Shown one piece after another: positions 49,140 to 59,600 of a stretch of 64,000 nucleotides of DNA (positions are counted from its first letter, which is position 1; each line of letters begins with the position of its first letter). Source of the stretch: an uncultured Halomonas sp. (lineage in GTDB: Bacteria > Pseudomonadota > Gammaproteobacteria > Xanthomonadales > Wenzhouxiangellaceae); the NCBI GenBank assembly GCA_964453565.1, contig CAYVPB010000008.1, forward strand, positions 614 through 64,613. The letters are read 5' to 3'. Under the pieces are notes generated by a model. The model saw only the letters and a program-made list of their open reading frames with translations. It did no database searches and was not told the DNA's origin. The position numbers and the translations under genes are program-made.

Positions 49140-50135
49140 ATGCTCAATCTGATTACCGGCGGCGCCGGGTTTATCGGCACCCATCTGGCGCGGCTGTTGC
49201 TGGAGCAGGGCGAACAGGTGCGCGTTCTGGATCTCAAGCAGCCGCAGGCCGGGTTGGCCGGCGTCGATTATCGCCAGGGCTCGATTATCGACGAGGCCGC
49301 GGTAGCCGACGCGGTGGCCGGCTGTGGCCGGGTTTTCCACATGGCCGCGCTGGCCGGCCTGTGGGCGCCGGACAAGCGTGACTTCGTCGCCGTCAACGCT
49401 CGCGGCACCCGGATCGTGCTGGATAACGCGCGCGCGGCCCAGGTTGAGACGGTGGTCCACACTTCCACCGAATCGATCCTGATCGATGCGCGCTTGCGGC
49501 GACAACGCCAGGTCGTCAATGAACACACCGAGCTCGGGCCCGAGGCGATGGCCGGACCTTACTGCGAAGGCAAGCGCATTGCCGAACAGGAGGCTCTGCG
49601 GGCCTGGACAGAGCACGGCCAGCGCGTGATCGTATGTAATCCGACGGTGCCGGCCGGCCCGGGCGATCCGTGGCTGACGCCGCCGTCGAAAATGATGCTG
49701 GGATTTCTCACTCGCAGGTTCCCGGCTTGGCTGCCGACGACCCTGAATCTGGTCGACGCGCGCGATGCTGCACTCGGGCACTGGCTGGCGGCAACCCGAG
49801 GCGAGCCGGGACAGCGTTATATTCTGGGCGCGCATGACGTGCAAATGGGTGATCTGCTGGCGCTGTTGGAACGTCATTCCGGGGTTGCAATGCCGCGCCG
49901 GCGGGTGCCCTACGCGCTCGCTTACTCAGTTGCCGCCGTGCAGGAATTCATCGCCGACCGCGTGACCGGAAAGCCGCCGTCCGCGCCCCTGACCGGGGTC
50001 CGGCTGGCTGGGGTCCGGGTCGAATTCGACAATCGTCGCACCCGCGCGCGACTGGGCTGGAGCCCCAGGCCACTGGATCAGACCATTGTCGATGCAATTG
50101 CCGACTATCGCGCGCGCGGCCTGCTGGCGGCCTGA
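49140..50135 (+). CDS. NAD-dependent epimerase/dehydratase-family extended SDR (HpnA / 3-beta-HSD-like)
   Basis: ATG at 49140. LITGGAGFIGTHLARLL Rossmann motif and catalytic YCEGK (YxxxK). Confidence 0.85.
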   Translation: MLNLITGGAGFIGTHLARLLLEQGEQVRVLDLKQPQAGLAGVDYRQGSIIDEAAVADAVAGCGRVFHMAALAGLWAPDKRDFVAVNARGTRIVLDNARAAQVETVVHTSTESILIDARLRRQRQVVNEHTELGPEAMAGPYCEGKRIAEQEALRAWTEHGQRVIVCNPTVPAGPGDPWLTPPSKMMLGFLTRRFPAWLPTTLNLVDARDAALGHWLAATRGEPGQRYILGAHDVQMGDLLALLERHSGVAMPRRRVPYALAYSVAAVQEFIADRVTGKPPSAPLTGVRLAGVRVEFDNRRTRARLGWSPRPLDQTIVDAIADYRARGLLAA

Positions 50136-50142
50136 GATCGGG

Positions 50143-51156
50143 TCAGGGGCGATCCGGAGCGGGCGCCAGGCGGCGCGCCTCCATCCATTGCCATAGCAGC
50201 AGGCCAGCGCCGCCGGCCAAGACTTCGCGAGTGCGTTTGAACAGGGCGATCAGCAACAAGCCTTCGGCCGGTAGTCCGAGCAGCATGCCGGCACCGATCA
50301 GTGCGCCTTCCTGCGCGCCCAGCCCGGCCGGGATGAAGAACGCCATTGCGCGCGCGCCCTGGGCCAGGCTTTCCAGAACAATGGCCGAGGCCAGCAGCAT
50401 CGGCAGGGTCGAATCCTTCGGCCCCAGCCACCACAGCACCATTATGATTTCGCCGGCCATCAATACGCGAAACGCCATTCGCAGCAAAGTGGCGTTTAAC
50501 AATGCCCCGCGTCGACTGTAGACGCGCCGGATCGCGGCGTCGACCCGCCGGGTTCCGGCGCCCGGCCCCAGCCGCCCGCCGCTGATTCCGGTTAGCGCCC
50601 GGGCCATGCCGGAAAACATCCCGGTGCGCTGGGCGCGGAAGAACACCGCCACGCAGGCGGCGAACCCGGCCAGCCAGATGACGCCGCTTAGTTCCCAATC
50701 CAGTTTGCCGGTCAGGGTCAGCAGCAGCCCGGCACCGATCAGCAGGTACAGAATCTGGGTCGCAACCTGCAGGGTCTTGTCAGCGACCAGGCTGGCAGCC
50801 AGCCGCGTCCCCGGCCAGCCGGCGATCAGACCGAGCCGGAATTTGACCACTTCGCCACCGATGGCCGCGACCGGCAACAGCCAGTTGACGCCGAAGCCGA
50901 TCCAGGTCAGGCACAGCGCCGAGGCTGCGGGTGGCCGGCCATGGTTCGGAAACAGCAGCCGCCAGGACTGGGAGGCGGCCAGCAACGGCAAGGTAAACCA
51001 GACGGTAACTGCCAGCGCCAGCGGCCAGTGCCGAGCGAGTGTGGCAAAGTCCAGGCTGGCGCCGGAGCGGCGGACGACACAGACCAGGAGCGCGCAACCG
51101 GCAACCAGACCGAGCGCGGCCCCGAGCCGGAACAAGGTCTTTTTCATTGCCCTCAT
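50143..51156 (-). CDS. flippase-like membrane protein (LPG_synthase_TM / HpnL-like)
   Basis: The start ATG at 51156 overlaps the MMPL stop (ATGA). About 8 TM helices, with the Pro/Gly-rich helix pattern (NWLLPVAAIGGEVVKFRL) of the lysyl-PG synthase TM-region family. Confidence 0.7.
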   Translation of the reverse strand: MRAMKKTLFRLGAALGLVAGCALLVCVVRRSGASLDFATLARHWPLALAVTVWFTLPLLAASQSWRLLFPNHGRPPAASALCLTWIGFGVNWLLPVAAIGGEVVKFRLGLIAGWPGTRLAASLVADKTLQVATQILYLLIGAGLLLTLTGKLDWELSGVIWLAGFAACVAVFFRAQRTGMFSGMARALTGISGGRLGPGAGTRRVDAAIRRVYSRRGALLNATLLRMAFRVLMAGEIIMVLWWLGPKDSTLPMLLASAIVLESLAQGARAMAFFIPAGLGAQEGALIGAGMLLGLPAEGLLLIALFKRTREVLAGGAGLLLWQWMEARRLAPAPDRP

Positions 51157-53744
51157 GTATCGCGCCGCCCCAGCAGGGCTGGAACAAATACCAGCGTGGC
51201 CATGACCATCAGGGCCAAGCCGCAGGCCAGGATCAGGCCCAGACTCGCGGTGCCGGCGTGCGGCGAGAATGCCAGATTGCCGAAGCCGCCGGCGGTGATC
51301 ATCGCGCCGAACACGATTGCCCGCGCGGTCGCCGATTCGAGCACGTTTCCGTTCGCCAGAATTCCCGCGCGGTGGCGCAGCACCAGGTGAATGCCGTTGT
51401 CGACCGCCACGCCCAGCAACAGCGGCAAAGCCACGACGTTGGCGAAATTGAATGGAATTCCGAGCAACACCATGACCCCGGCCGTCAGCAGACCGCCGAG
51501 TACCAGCGGCGCCAGAACCCTGGCAGTGTCGGACAGGCTTCGCAGCGCCAGCAGCAAGACCAGGCTGATGCCGATGGCCGCCCACGCCAGCGCCTGGCGG
51601 AAAGCCCGGGTGATCGCCTCTCCGGCGGCAAGCTGGATCACCGGTGCGCCGGTTGCCCGGTCACCGGCGACAGCCAGAACCTGGTCGAAGAAGCGTCTTT
51701 GCTCCCGGGCGTCACGCGGGTCCCCGGCCGGAAATACCTGGATCAGGCGCGTGCCGTCGCTGCCCCGAAACTGGGACACCAGCCATTCCGGCAGCGCAGT
51801 TTCACTGACCGGGGTGCTTGCATTGAGCCCGTCGCTCAAGCGGCCCAATGTCGGCTGCATGCCGCCGATCAGCAGCCGATTGACCCGATCGGCGAGCTCC
51901 GTGCCGTGGGCCTGTTGCAGTTGCCGGGCGAGCTTGCCCAGGGCCGCGGCCAGCGGCGTATCGGCTTCCATGACTTCGGCGAGCCCGGTGGCGACCACGG
52001 CCAGATCGGCCGGCTGCTGGGGCGAGCGTTGCCAGTCGGCATCAATGATGTCCGGCCCCAGTAACCAGCCCAGGTCCTCGATCAGCATTAGCTTGGCGTC
52101 CTGATCGGCTGGCATGAAGCTCTCCAGCGTGACCGCGCGCTGGACCGAATCCAGCGCTGCAAGCCGTTCGCGTATCGGTGTGATCGCCGCATCCTCCTCG
52201 AGCAGCACCTGGATGTTGCGATGACCGCCATCGCCGCTGTCGAAAAGCCGCCGGATCGTGACCACCGACTCCGAATCGGCATCGCGCAAGTTGAGTGGAT
52301 CGGCGTCGAACTTCACCTGGAATGCCAGTGGCAGTGAGGCGGCAACCAGCAACCCTCCGAGTGCGATCAGCCAGCGGCGGAACTCGATCGGCCAGGCCAG
52401 CGACCGACGCCAGCCCTGGCGAGTGTTTAGAACCTGGTGGCTGGGGTCGGGCGTGAACAGTGCCAGCATCGCCGGCAACGTGGTGTAGCTTAGCGCCAAG
52501 GTCACCAGCATCGCCACCCCGGCGATCAAACCGAGCTGGGCGATGCCGGAAAACGCGGTCGGAACAAACGCAAAAAAGCCCAGCGCGGTGGTGGCCGCGC
52601 TCAGGGTCAGGGGCCGCACCAGAAATCGACCGGCGGCGATCACGGCTGAAACCCGGTTGCGTTCGATCTGGCCGATTTCGCGGTACCGCAGCAGATAATG
52701 CACCGCATAGTTGACGCCAAGTCCGATGTAGAGCACGACAAAGGCCACCGAAATCAGGTTGACCCGGCCGATGGCCAGCGCGGCAAATCCGGCCGTGATC
52801 GCCAGCCCGAAGATCAGATTGACCAGCGCGATCAGGCTCAGACTCACCGAACGCAATCCAGCCAGCATGATAACCGTGACGAAGATCAGGGCCAGGATTC
52901 CGGTCAGACGCGCACCATCGATCACGCTGGTCATTTCCTCGTAACCGAGTGCCACGCTGCCGGTCAGATACAGTCGGGTCGGGCCTTGCTCCAGTCCCAG
53001 ATCGGAGCGGATCCGGTCGAGCTCCTGCATCACCGGCCGGCCGGCCAGTACGCGTTCATGATCCAGTAACGGGTCGATGATCAGGGTTTCGCGGTATGCC
53101 TGTGGTGCGCCGTCCTGGTCCGGTTCCAGCAATTGGCGCCAGGACAGCCAGTGCTCGCGTCCGGCCAGCGCATGCTCGATGGTTTCGGCGATCTGATGGT
53201 GCAGCCGATCGCGGTCGATTGGTGGGTCCTGATCCCCGGCCCGGATTTCAACTTCACGCAGCAGATCGAGCAGAACGTCCGCGCGCGTCTGGCGCGCCAG
53301 GCGACCAAGCAGCGGTTGCGCCTCGGTCAGTCGGTTGGCCAGCGTTTCGAGTTGTTCCAGATCCAGATACAGCAGGCCGTGTCGGGCGAAGAATTCGCTG
53401 CCTGTCGCCCAACTGAAGCCAAGCACCCGCGGCGACTCGGCCAGCGCATGCGTCAGTCGTTCGGCGGCCGTCGCGGCCTGTTCCGGAGTCGGTGCCTCGA
53501 TGACGCCAAGCACGGTATTGTCGAGTTGCGGAAATTGTTGTTGGAAACGCGAGTAAGCCTGGCGAAACGGCAGATCCTCGTCCAGCATTGCCACGGTGTC
53601 GGAATCGACTCCCAGCCGGGTGGCGGCAAGCCACAGACAAACGGCCGCGACCAGCGCGGCGACCAGCAGCACCGCCAGCGGATGGCGCGTGACGCGGGTC
53701 AGCCAGGTCTCGAAAAATCGCGTCTCCGGACTCGCCTCAACCAC
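51153..53744 (-). CDS. MMPL/RND-superfamily transporter (HpnN-like)
   Basis: 863 aa with two 6-TM bundles, each preceded by a large periplasmic loop. This size and topology are as in HpnN-type lipid exporters. The start overlaps the MlaC-like stop by 8 nt. Confidence 0.85.
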   Translation of the reverse strand: MVEASPETRFFETWLTRVTRHPLAVLLVAALVAAVCLWLAATRLGVDSDTVAMLDEDLPFRQAYSRFQQQFPQLDNTVLGVIEAPTPEQAATAAERLTHALAESPRVLGFSWATGSEFFARHGLLYLDLEQLETLANRLTEAQPLLGRLARQTRADVLLDLLREVEIRAGDQDPPIDRDRLHHQIAETIEHALAGREHWLSWRQLLEPDQDGAPQAYRETLIIDPLLDHERVLAGRPVMQELDRIRSDLGLEQGPTRLYLTGSVALGYEEMTSVIDGARLTGILALIFVTVIMLAGLRSVSLSLIALVNLIFGLAITAGFAALAIGRVNLISVAFVVLYIGLGVNYAVHYLLRYREIGQIERNRVSAVIAAGRFLVRPLTLSAATTALGFFAFVPTAFSGIAQLGLIAGVAMLVTLALSYTTLPAMLALFTPDPSHQVLNTRQGWRRSLAWPIEFRRWLIALGGLLVAASLPLAFQVKFDADPLNLRDADSESVVTIRRLFDSGDGGHRNIQVLLEEDAAITPIRERLAALDSVQRAVTLESFMPADQDAKLMLIEDLGWLLGPDIIDADWQRSPQQPADLAVVATGLAEVMEADTPLAAALGKLARQLQQAHGTELADRVNRLLIGGMQPTLGRLSDGLNASTPVSETALPEWLVSQFRGSDGTRLIQVFPAGDPRDAREQRRFFDQVLAVAGDRATGAPVIQLAAGEAITRAFRQALAWAAIGISLVLLLALRSLSDTARVLAPLVLGGLLTAGVMVLLGIPFNFANVVALPLLLGVAVDNGIHLVLRHRAGILANGNVLESATARAIVFGAMITAGGFGNLAFSPHAGTASLGLILACGLALMVMATLVFVPALLGRRDT

Positions 53745-54423
53745 TGCGTTGGTTGTCGATGGCTTCGCGGATACGGGTGATTACGGCCTCGAAATCGTCG
53801 CTTTCCAGAATTCTTCGGTACTGGCTGCGCTTGAGTGCCAGATCGCTCACGCCGTCGGTGACGATGGTCACGATTCGCCACTGGTCATGTTCGCGGGTCA
53901 GCAGGTAATCGAACGCGACATGCTTGCCGCTGCCGGTGGTCAGATTGCGCCGCACCAGGGCGCGATCTTCGGCCTGGCGCTGAACTTCCACCGCGCTGAA
54001 CCGTTCGCCCTTGTATTGGCCAAACCGGCTGGCGAACGTGGCCGCGCTGAGATCCAGGAACGCCTCGTTGAACTGGTCGCGCAGTCCGGTATCGAATTGC
54101 CGCCAGTCACGCCCGAACAGAAAGCGCGCCATGCGCTCCACCGCCATGATTTCGCCGATCAGCGGGCGCAACCTTTCATACCGGGCCTCGAACTCAAGCC
54201 CGGTCGATGCGCGCATGTTGTCCATCAACATCTCTTCCAACCGCTCCACGGGCCGCTCCGGCGCTTGCTCCCCCGAGGTGGGTTCAGCCACGGCTTCAGT
54301 CTCCTCGGCATGCGAGTTGGTCAGCGGCAGCAAGGTTGCGAAAACAAGCGCCAACAGGGATCGATGTTTTCGCCCGGCGAGTGTCTTGTGCTTATTTGGA
54401 CGTGCTGAGACAATTCCTGCCAT
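53737..54423 (-). CDS. MlaC/Ttg2D-family periplasmic lipid-binding protein (HpnM-like)
   Basis: ATG at 54423 gives a signal peptide (SLLALVFATLLPLTNSHA). The body (RFLFGRDWRQF..., FASRFGQYKGERF, WRIVTIVTDGVSDL) resembles the toluene-tolerance Ttg2D/MlaC family. Confidence 0.8.
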   Translation of the reverse strand: MAGIVSARPNKHKTLAGRKHRSLLALVFATLLPLTNSHAEETEAVAEPTSGEQAPERPVERLEEMLMDNMRASTGLEFEARYERLRPLIGEIMAVERMARFLFGRDWRQFDTGLRDQFNEAFLDLSAATFASRFGQYKGERFSAVEVQRQAEDRALVRRNLTTGSGKHVAFDYLLTREHDQWRIVTIVTDGVSDLALKRSQYRRILESDDFEAVITRIREAIDNQRSG

Positions 54424-54511
54424 GACATTGCCCTGCGCTGGGAGATGTTGAATAGACCCGAAAGACGCGGTAATGATTCCATTCCGCCGCGTGCTCGATC
54501 GGGCCCGGAAT

Positions 54512-56134
54512 TCATGCCGCCTGCGAGACTGACCGCACTGGTGTCTCGGCCACCGCATTGCCCAGAATCAGGTCGGCGGCCTTTTCGGCAATCATGATTG
54601 TTGGTGCATTGGTGTTGCCGCCCACAAGGGTCGGCATAATCGAGGCATCGATGACTCGCAGGCCGTCGATCCCGCGCACCCGTAACTGGGGATCGACCAC
54701 CGCTTCGGCATCATTGCCCATGCGACAGGTGCCGACCGGATGGTAAATCGATTCGGCCTTGTTGCGGACGAATTCCAGCAATCCGTCCCGATCGGTGACC
54801 TCATTTCCGGGATGGATTTCGTGCGCGCGAAACGGCCGGAACGCCGGCTGGGAAAGGATTTCCCGAGATGCGTGGATGCACGCTAGCATCATTTCCTCAT
54901 CTTCGGCGGTCGCCAGGTAGTTGGCATGAATGGCCGGCGGCTGGCGTGGATCACTGGAGCGGATTTTCAGCCGGCCGCGGCTTTCCGGCCTGAGGTTGCA
55001 GGCGTGCAGTGTGTAGCCGTCGCCGGGCAGCCGATTCCGGCCATGATCGTCGAGCAGCGCCGGTACGAAGTGCATCTGGATGTCCGGTCTTGATCGCTTG
55101 CCGCGGCCGCTGGCGATAAAGCCGCCGGCCTCGGCGATATTGGAAGTGCCTATGCCTTCGCCATAAAGATAGTACTTCAGCCCGACCGCCAGTTCGTTCA
55201 GGTGGTCATAAGTAACCGGCTGCAAGCATCGCGTCAGTGTCATGACATCCAGGTGGTCTTGCAGATTCCCGCCCACGCCCGGCAGATCGTGAGCGATCTG
55301 GATCCCGGCCGCCTCGAGATCGCCTGCCGGGCCGATCCCGGAGAGCATCAGAAGATGCGGCGAGTTAATCGAGCCGCCGGCCAGCAAAACCTCACGTTCG
55401 GCGTGCACGGGGCGGCTGACGCCGCGTCTGCGGTATTCAACGCCGTATGCGCGAGAACCATCGAGCAGCAGCCGGGTGGCCATGGCTCGAGTGCGCACGA
55501 CCAGATTGAGGCGCGAGCGAACCGGACGCAGATAGCCCGATGCGGTACTGCAACGCTGGCCCCGGCGCTGGGTGACCTGGTAGAGACCGAAGCCGCGTTG
55601 GACCGGACCGTTGAAGTCGCGATTGCGGAAAAATTCGGCCTGCTCGGCGGCCTGGATGAAGACCTGGCTGAGATCATTGACATGCTGCAGATCAGCCACG
55701 CCCAGAGGTCCGGCCACGCCATGGTGCTCGGAAGCTCCGCGCTGCTGATCCTCGGCGCGGGTGAAATAAGGCAGGACGTCGTCGAATCCCCAGCCCGGAT
55801 TGCCCATGTCTCGCCAGTCGTCGTAGTCCGACCCGTGGCCGCGGATATAGCACATCGCATTGATCGAGCTGGAACCGCCCAGCACTCGTCCGCGCGGCCA
55901 ATACAGACGGCGATCGTTCAGATTGGGTTCCGGTTCGGTCTCGTAGCCCCAGTTGATGGACTTGAAGCTGACCAGGCGCGCCAGTCCGGCCGGCATGTGG
56001 ATGAACGGATTCCAATCGCGCGGGCCGGCTTCCAGCAACAGCACCCGACAATCCGGGTCCGCGGACAGGCGACTGGCCAGTACGCAGCCCGCCGAACCGG
56101 CACCGACAATGACGTAATCGAAGTTTTCAGCCAT
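54512..56134 (-). CDS. GMC-family FAD oxidoreductase (choline/alcohol dehydrogenase-like)
   Basis: ATG at 56134 (MAENFDYVIVGAGSAGCVLASRLS). GMC signature 1 (GGSSSINAMCYIRG) and the C-terminal His active-site region (IYHPVGTCRMG, TNAPTIMIAEKAAD). Confidence 0.9.
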   Translation of the reverse strand: MAENFDYVIVGAGSAGCVLASRLSADPDCRVLLLEAGPRDWNPFIHMPAGLARLVSFKSINWGYETEPEPNLNDRRLYWPRGRVLGGSSSINAMCYIRGHGSDYDDWRDMGNPGWGFDDVLPYFTRAEDQQRGASEHHGVAGPLGVADLQHVNDLSQVFIQAAEQAEFFRNRDFNGPVQRGFGLYQVTQRRGQRCSTASGYLRPVRSRLNLVVRTRAMATRLLLDGSRAYGVEYRRRGVSRPVHAEREVLLAGGSINSPHLLMLSGIGPAGDLEAAGIQIAHDLPGVGGNLQDHLDVMTLTRCLQPVTYDHLNELAVGLKYYLYGEGIGTSNIAEAGGFIASGRGKRSRPDIQMHFVPALLDDHGRNRLPGDGYTLHACNLRPESRGRLKIRSSDPRQPPAIHANYLATAEDEEMMLACIHASREILSQPAFRPFRAHEIHPGNEVTDRDGLLEFVRNKAESIYHPVGTCRMGNDAEAVVDPQLRVRGIDGLRVIDASIMPTLVGGNTNAPTIMIAEKAADLILGNAVAETPVRSVSQAA

Positions 56135-56648
56135 CTGGACTCCTGTACCCGGGCGGGTTGATTCGGTTTGCAAACAGCATCGGCGTCATGGCCGAATCGG
56201 ACCTTGACTCTGATCACGAATCGAAAAATTGCAAGCTCCACCCCGAAGCACAGCGTAAATACGATACCGCAATCGCATGAGTTAGGTGCGATTTTGGTGC
56301 TAAAAACCATCTCGATCACGTAGATGACCCAGTCATTGGTGTCGCGATTACACGCCGGAATTCCAGTGCAGGTTCATGCCGGTAGATGTCTTCGAGCATC
56401 CGGTGATGCTGGCGGCTGCAGGCGAGTTCAGCGCGTTGCGCGAAGCTCTCAGTAGTCAACGCCGCTCCCCGCCGGCCCCCGCAACCTGCCCCATTGGCCG
56501 TTGGCTGAGACATATCCTTGATCAGGAACCCTTTGTGCTCGCTTGGGCACCATATCGCGATTTGAGAGTCATATAGGAAATTTCCCGATTTGACAGCGCC
56601 TTGACGCGCCATCGGTCAACATTCACAAATGTCAACTGGAATCTCAAC

Positions 56649-59600
56649 GTGCCTCTAACTCGATTAGGATTGAGTAACCCGGTCGCCGTGGCGGTCGGCT
56701 GCATTCTGCTGGTGATCTTCGGGCTGCTCAGCCTGTTGCGCCTGCCGGTGCAGATGACGCCGAACATCGACCGGCCGACGATATCGATTTCCACTGGATG
56801 GCGTGCAGCCGCGCCGGCCGAGATCGAATCAGAAATCGTCGAGCCGCAGGAAGAGCAGCTCCGGGACGTGCCCGGGCTCAAGCGCATGAATTCCACGGCC
56901 AGCCAGGGGCGGGGCTCCATCACGCTGGAGTTCGATGTCGGCGCCGATCTCAATCGCGCGCTGATCGCCGTGATCACGCGACTCAACCAGGTCTCGAGTT
57001 ATCCCGTTGACGTCACCGAACCCAGCGTTCGCGTGGGCACCGACCAGTTCGGCGATACCATGGCCTGGTTTGGCATCATTCCCAAGGCCGGCAACAGCCG
57101 GCCGATCATCGAGTACCAGGATTTCGTTCAGGACGTGGTTCAGGAGCGCATCGAGCGAATCGCCGGTGTGGCCTCGGCCACCCCGCGCGGCGGTCGGCCG
57201 TTCGAGGTGCGTATCGAGTTCGATCCGTTTCAAGCCGCTTCGATCGGCATCGACCTGGCCCGGATCGGCCGCCAGCTCGGCCAGAACGCCGACGTATCGG
57301 CGGGGTTCGAAGAAGTCGGCAAACGCCGGTACACCTTGCGATTCGCCGGGCAGTACGAAATTCCCGATCTCGAGAGCCTGGTGCTGGAATGGCGTGACGG
57401 TCGGCCGGTGTTTCTGGGCGATGTCGCAACCATCGAGCGGGTCATGCGCGACTCGTCCGGCGGCATGACCCAGAACACCCAGCCGGCGATCATGATGAAC
57501 GTCGTGGCCGAGCCGGGCGTGAACATCCTGAACGTCATGAACGAGGTCAAGGCGGCGGTCGCCGAACTGCAGCAAACGCGCCTGGACCCGGCCGGCCTGC
57601 AGATGAACCAGTCCTCCGACGACACCATCTACATCAAGCAATCGGTGCGCATGGTCGTGACCAATCTCATGATCGGCATGTTGCTGGCCGTTGGCGTTCT
57701 CTGGTGGTTCTTCCGCCGCTACCGCGCGACCATGATGGTGGCCCTGGCCATCCCGCTGTGCTTGTGCTTCTCGTTCATGGTGCTCGATGGGCTCGGCATG
57801 TCGCTGAACGTCATCTCGATGGCGGGCCTGGCGTTTGCCACCGGCATGGTGCTGGACGCCGCCATCGTGGTGCTCGAGAACATCGTCCGCCAGCGCGAGC
57901 AGGGCCGCGACGGTTTTGAGGCCGCCGACCGGGGCGCCAGTCAGGTCTGGGGCGCGCTGGTGGCGTCGACGGCCACCACGGTCGCGATCTTCCTGCCGGT
58001 GTTTTTCCTTCAGGACGAGGCCGGCCAGTTATTCGGCGACCTGGCCGTGGTGATCTCGGCGGCCATCATCTGCTCGCTGTTCGTTGCCATCATCGTGCTT
58101 CCGGCGGCGAGTTGGCGCTTGCTGGGTGACCGTGCCATGGACGATCGACACGTGCACTGGTGGCGCAACGCTGCCGGTTACTTGATGAAGCTGACCGATA
58201 CGCGCAAGCGTCGAATCGGCTGGATCACCGGCCTGATCGGCGTGCCGCTGGCGATCGGAATATTCCTGCTGCCGCCGGCCGACTATCTGCCCGAAGGCCA
58301 GCGTAATCTTGTTTCGGCGTTCGTGCTGGCGCCGCCCGGCATGGGCCCGGATACCGTGCAGGCGGAGCTGGTCGACGTAATTAACGAGCGAATCAAGCCT
58401 TACCTGGACGGCGAAAAGGAACCGAAGCTCAAAAATACGTTCCTGGGTACGTTCGGTTCAGGTGCATTCATAGGTGTGAGAACCGCGGACGAGGAGAGGT
58501 CCGGGGAGATGATTCAGGTGCTCAACAGCGAGATCCTGGCCGGCTTCCCTGACACCTTCGGCCGGGCGACGCGGCGCGCGATTTTCGGCGGGCGCGGCGG
58601 ACGGCGGATCGACGTCGACCTGCAGGCCGGTGATTTCGAAGGCCTGCTGGAAGCCGGCCGGGTCGGGTACGAAAAGATTTCCGAATTGATGCCCAACGCG
58701 AACGTGCGGCCCCAGCCCAGCCTCGAACTGGCCGAACCGGAACTGCGCATGAAGCCCGACGACCGGCGCATCGCCGAGCTTGGCTGGACCCGCAGCGATG
58801 TCGCGACCATGATCCGGGCGATGGGCAGCGGCGCCTTCCTGGGCGAATACTTCGACGGCGAAAAGCGCCTCGACGTGATCCTGCGCAGCGAGCGCTGGGA
58901 AAACCCCGAGCAGCTTATGGCGACGCCGCTGGCCTCGCCTACCGGCGAAATTGTCACGCTGGGCGAACTGGTGACGCTGGAGCGCACCGCCGGGCCCAAC
59001 GAAATCAGGCGCGTCGACCGCAGCCGCACCCTGACGCTGCAGGTCACGCCGCCATCGGGCATGCCGATGGAAACGGCCATCGATCTGCTGCGCACGGAGG
59101 CCGAGCCGGCCATGCGCGCGGTTCTGCCCCCTGACGGCATCGTCACCTACAGAGGCACGGCCGAGGCGCTGGGCGAAACGCTCAGGAGTCTGGCCGGCAG
59201 CTTCGTGCTGGCGATCTTGATCCTGTACCTGCTGATCTCCGCGCTGTTCCGCTCGTTCAAGGATTCGCTGCTGGTGGTGCTGACTTTGCCCATGGCCACC
59301 GTCGGCGGCGTGCTCGGCCTGCGCGTGGTCGACCTGATCTACGGCCAGGCCATGGACATGCTGACGATGATCGGCTTCGTGATCCTGCTCGGGCTGGTGG
59401 TCAACAACGCCATTCTGCTTGTCTACCGCGCGCGTGACGAGGAGCGGGCGGGCAGAGACCGGCGCGAAGCGGTGCGCCAGGCCGTGGGCTTGCGGCTGCG
59501 TCCGATCCTGATGAGCACGTTCACCAGCCTGTTCGGCATGCTGCCGCTGCTGCTGCTTCCGGGCGCGGGCACCGAGTTGTATCGCGGGCTGGCCGCGGTG

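Noticed and set aside
51039-52064. A 341-aa plus-strand ORF. The ORFs 55202..56161(+), 30099..30872(-), 27740..28564(-) and 48517..48945(-) are similar cases.
   Set aside because: All lie antisense to, or out of frame within, strongly supported genes (MMPL, GMC oxidoreductase, waaA, the GT2 fusion, sulfotransferase). All have Arg/Gly/Pro/Ala-rich junk composition.
56316-56612. A small minus-strand ORF (66-98 aa) between the GMC oxidoreductase and RND genes, possibly a regulator.
   Set aside because: It has no HTH or other recognisable motif, it overlaps the possible TTG start of the RND gene, and its coding bias is only moderate. It is left unannotated.
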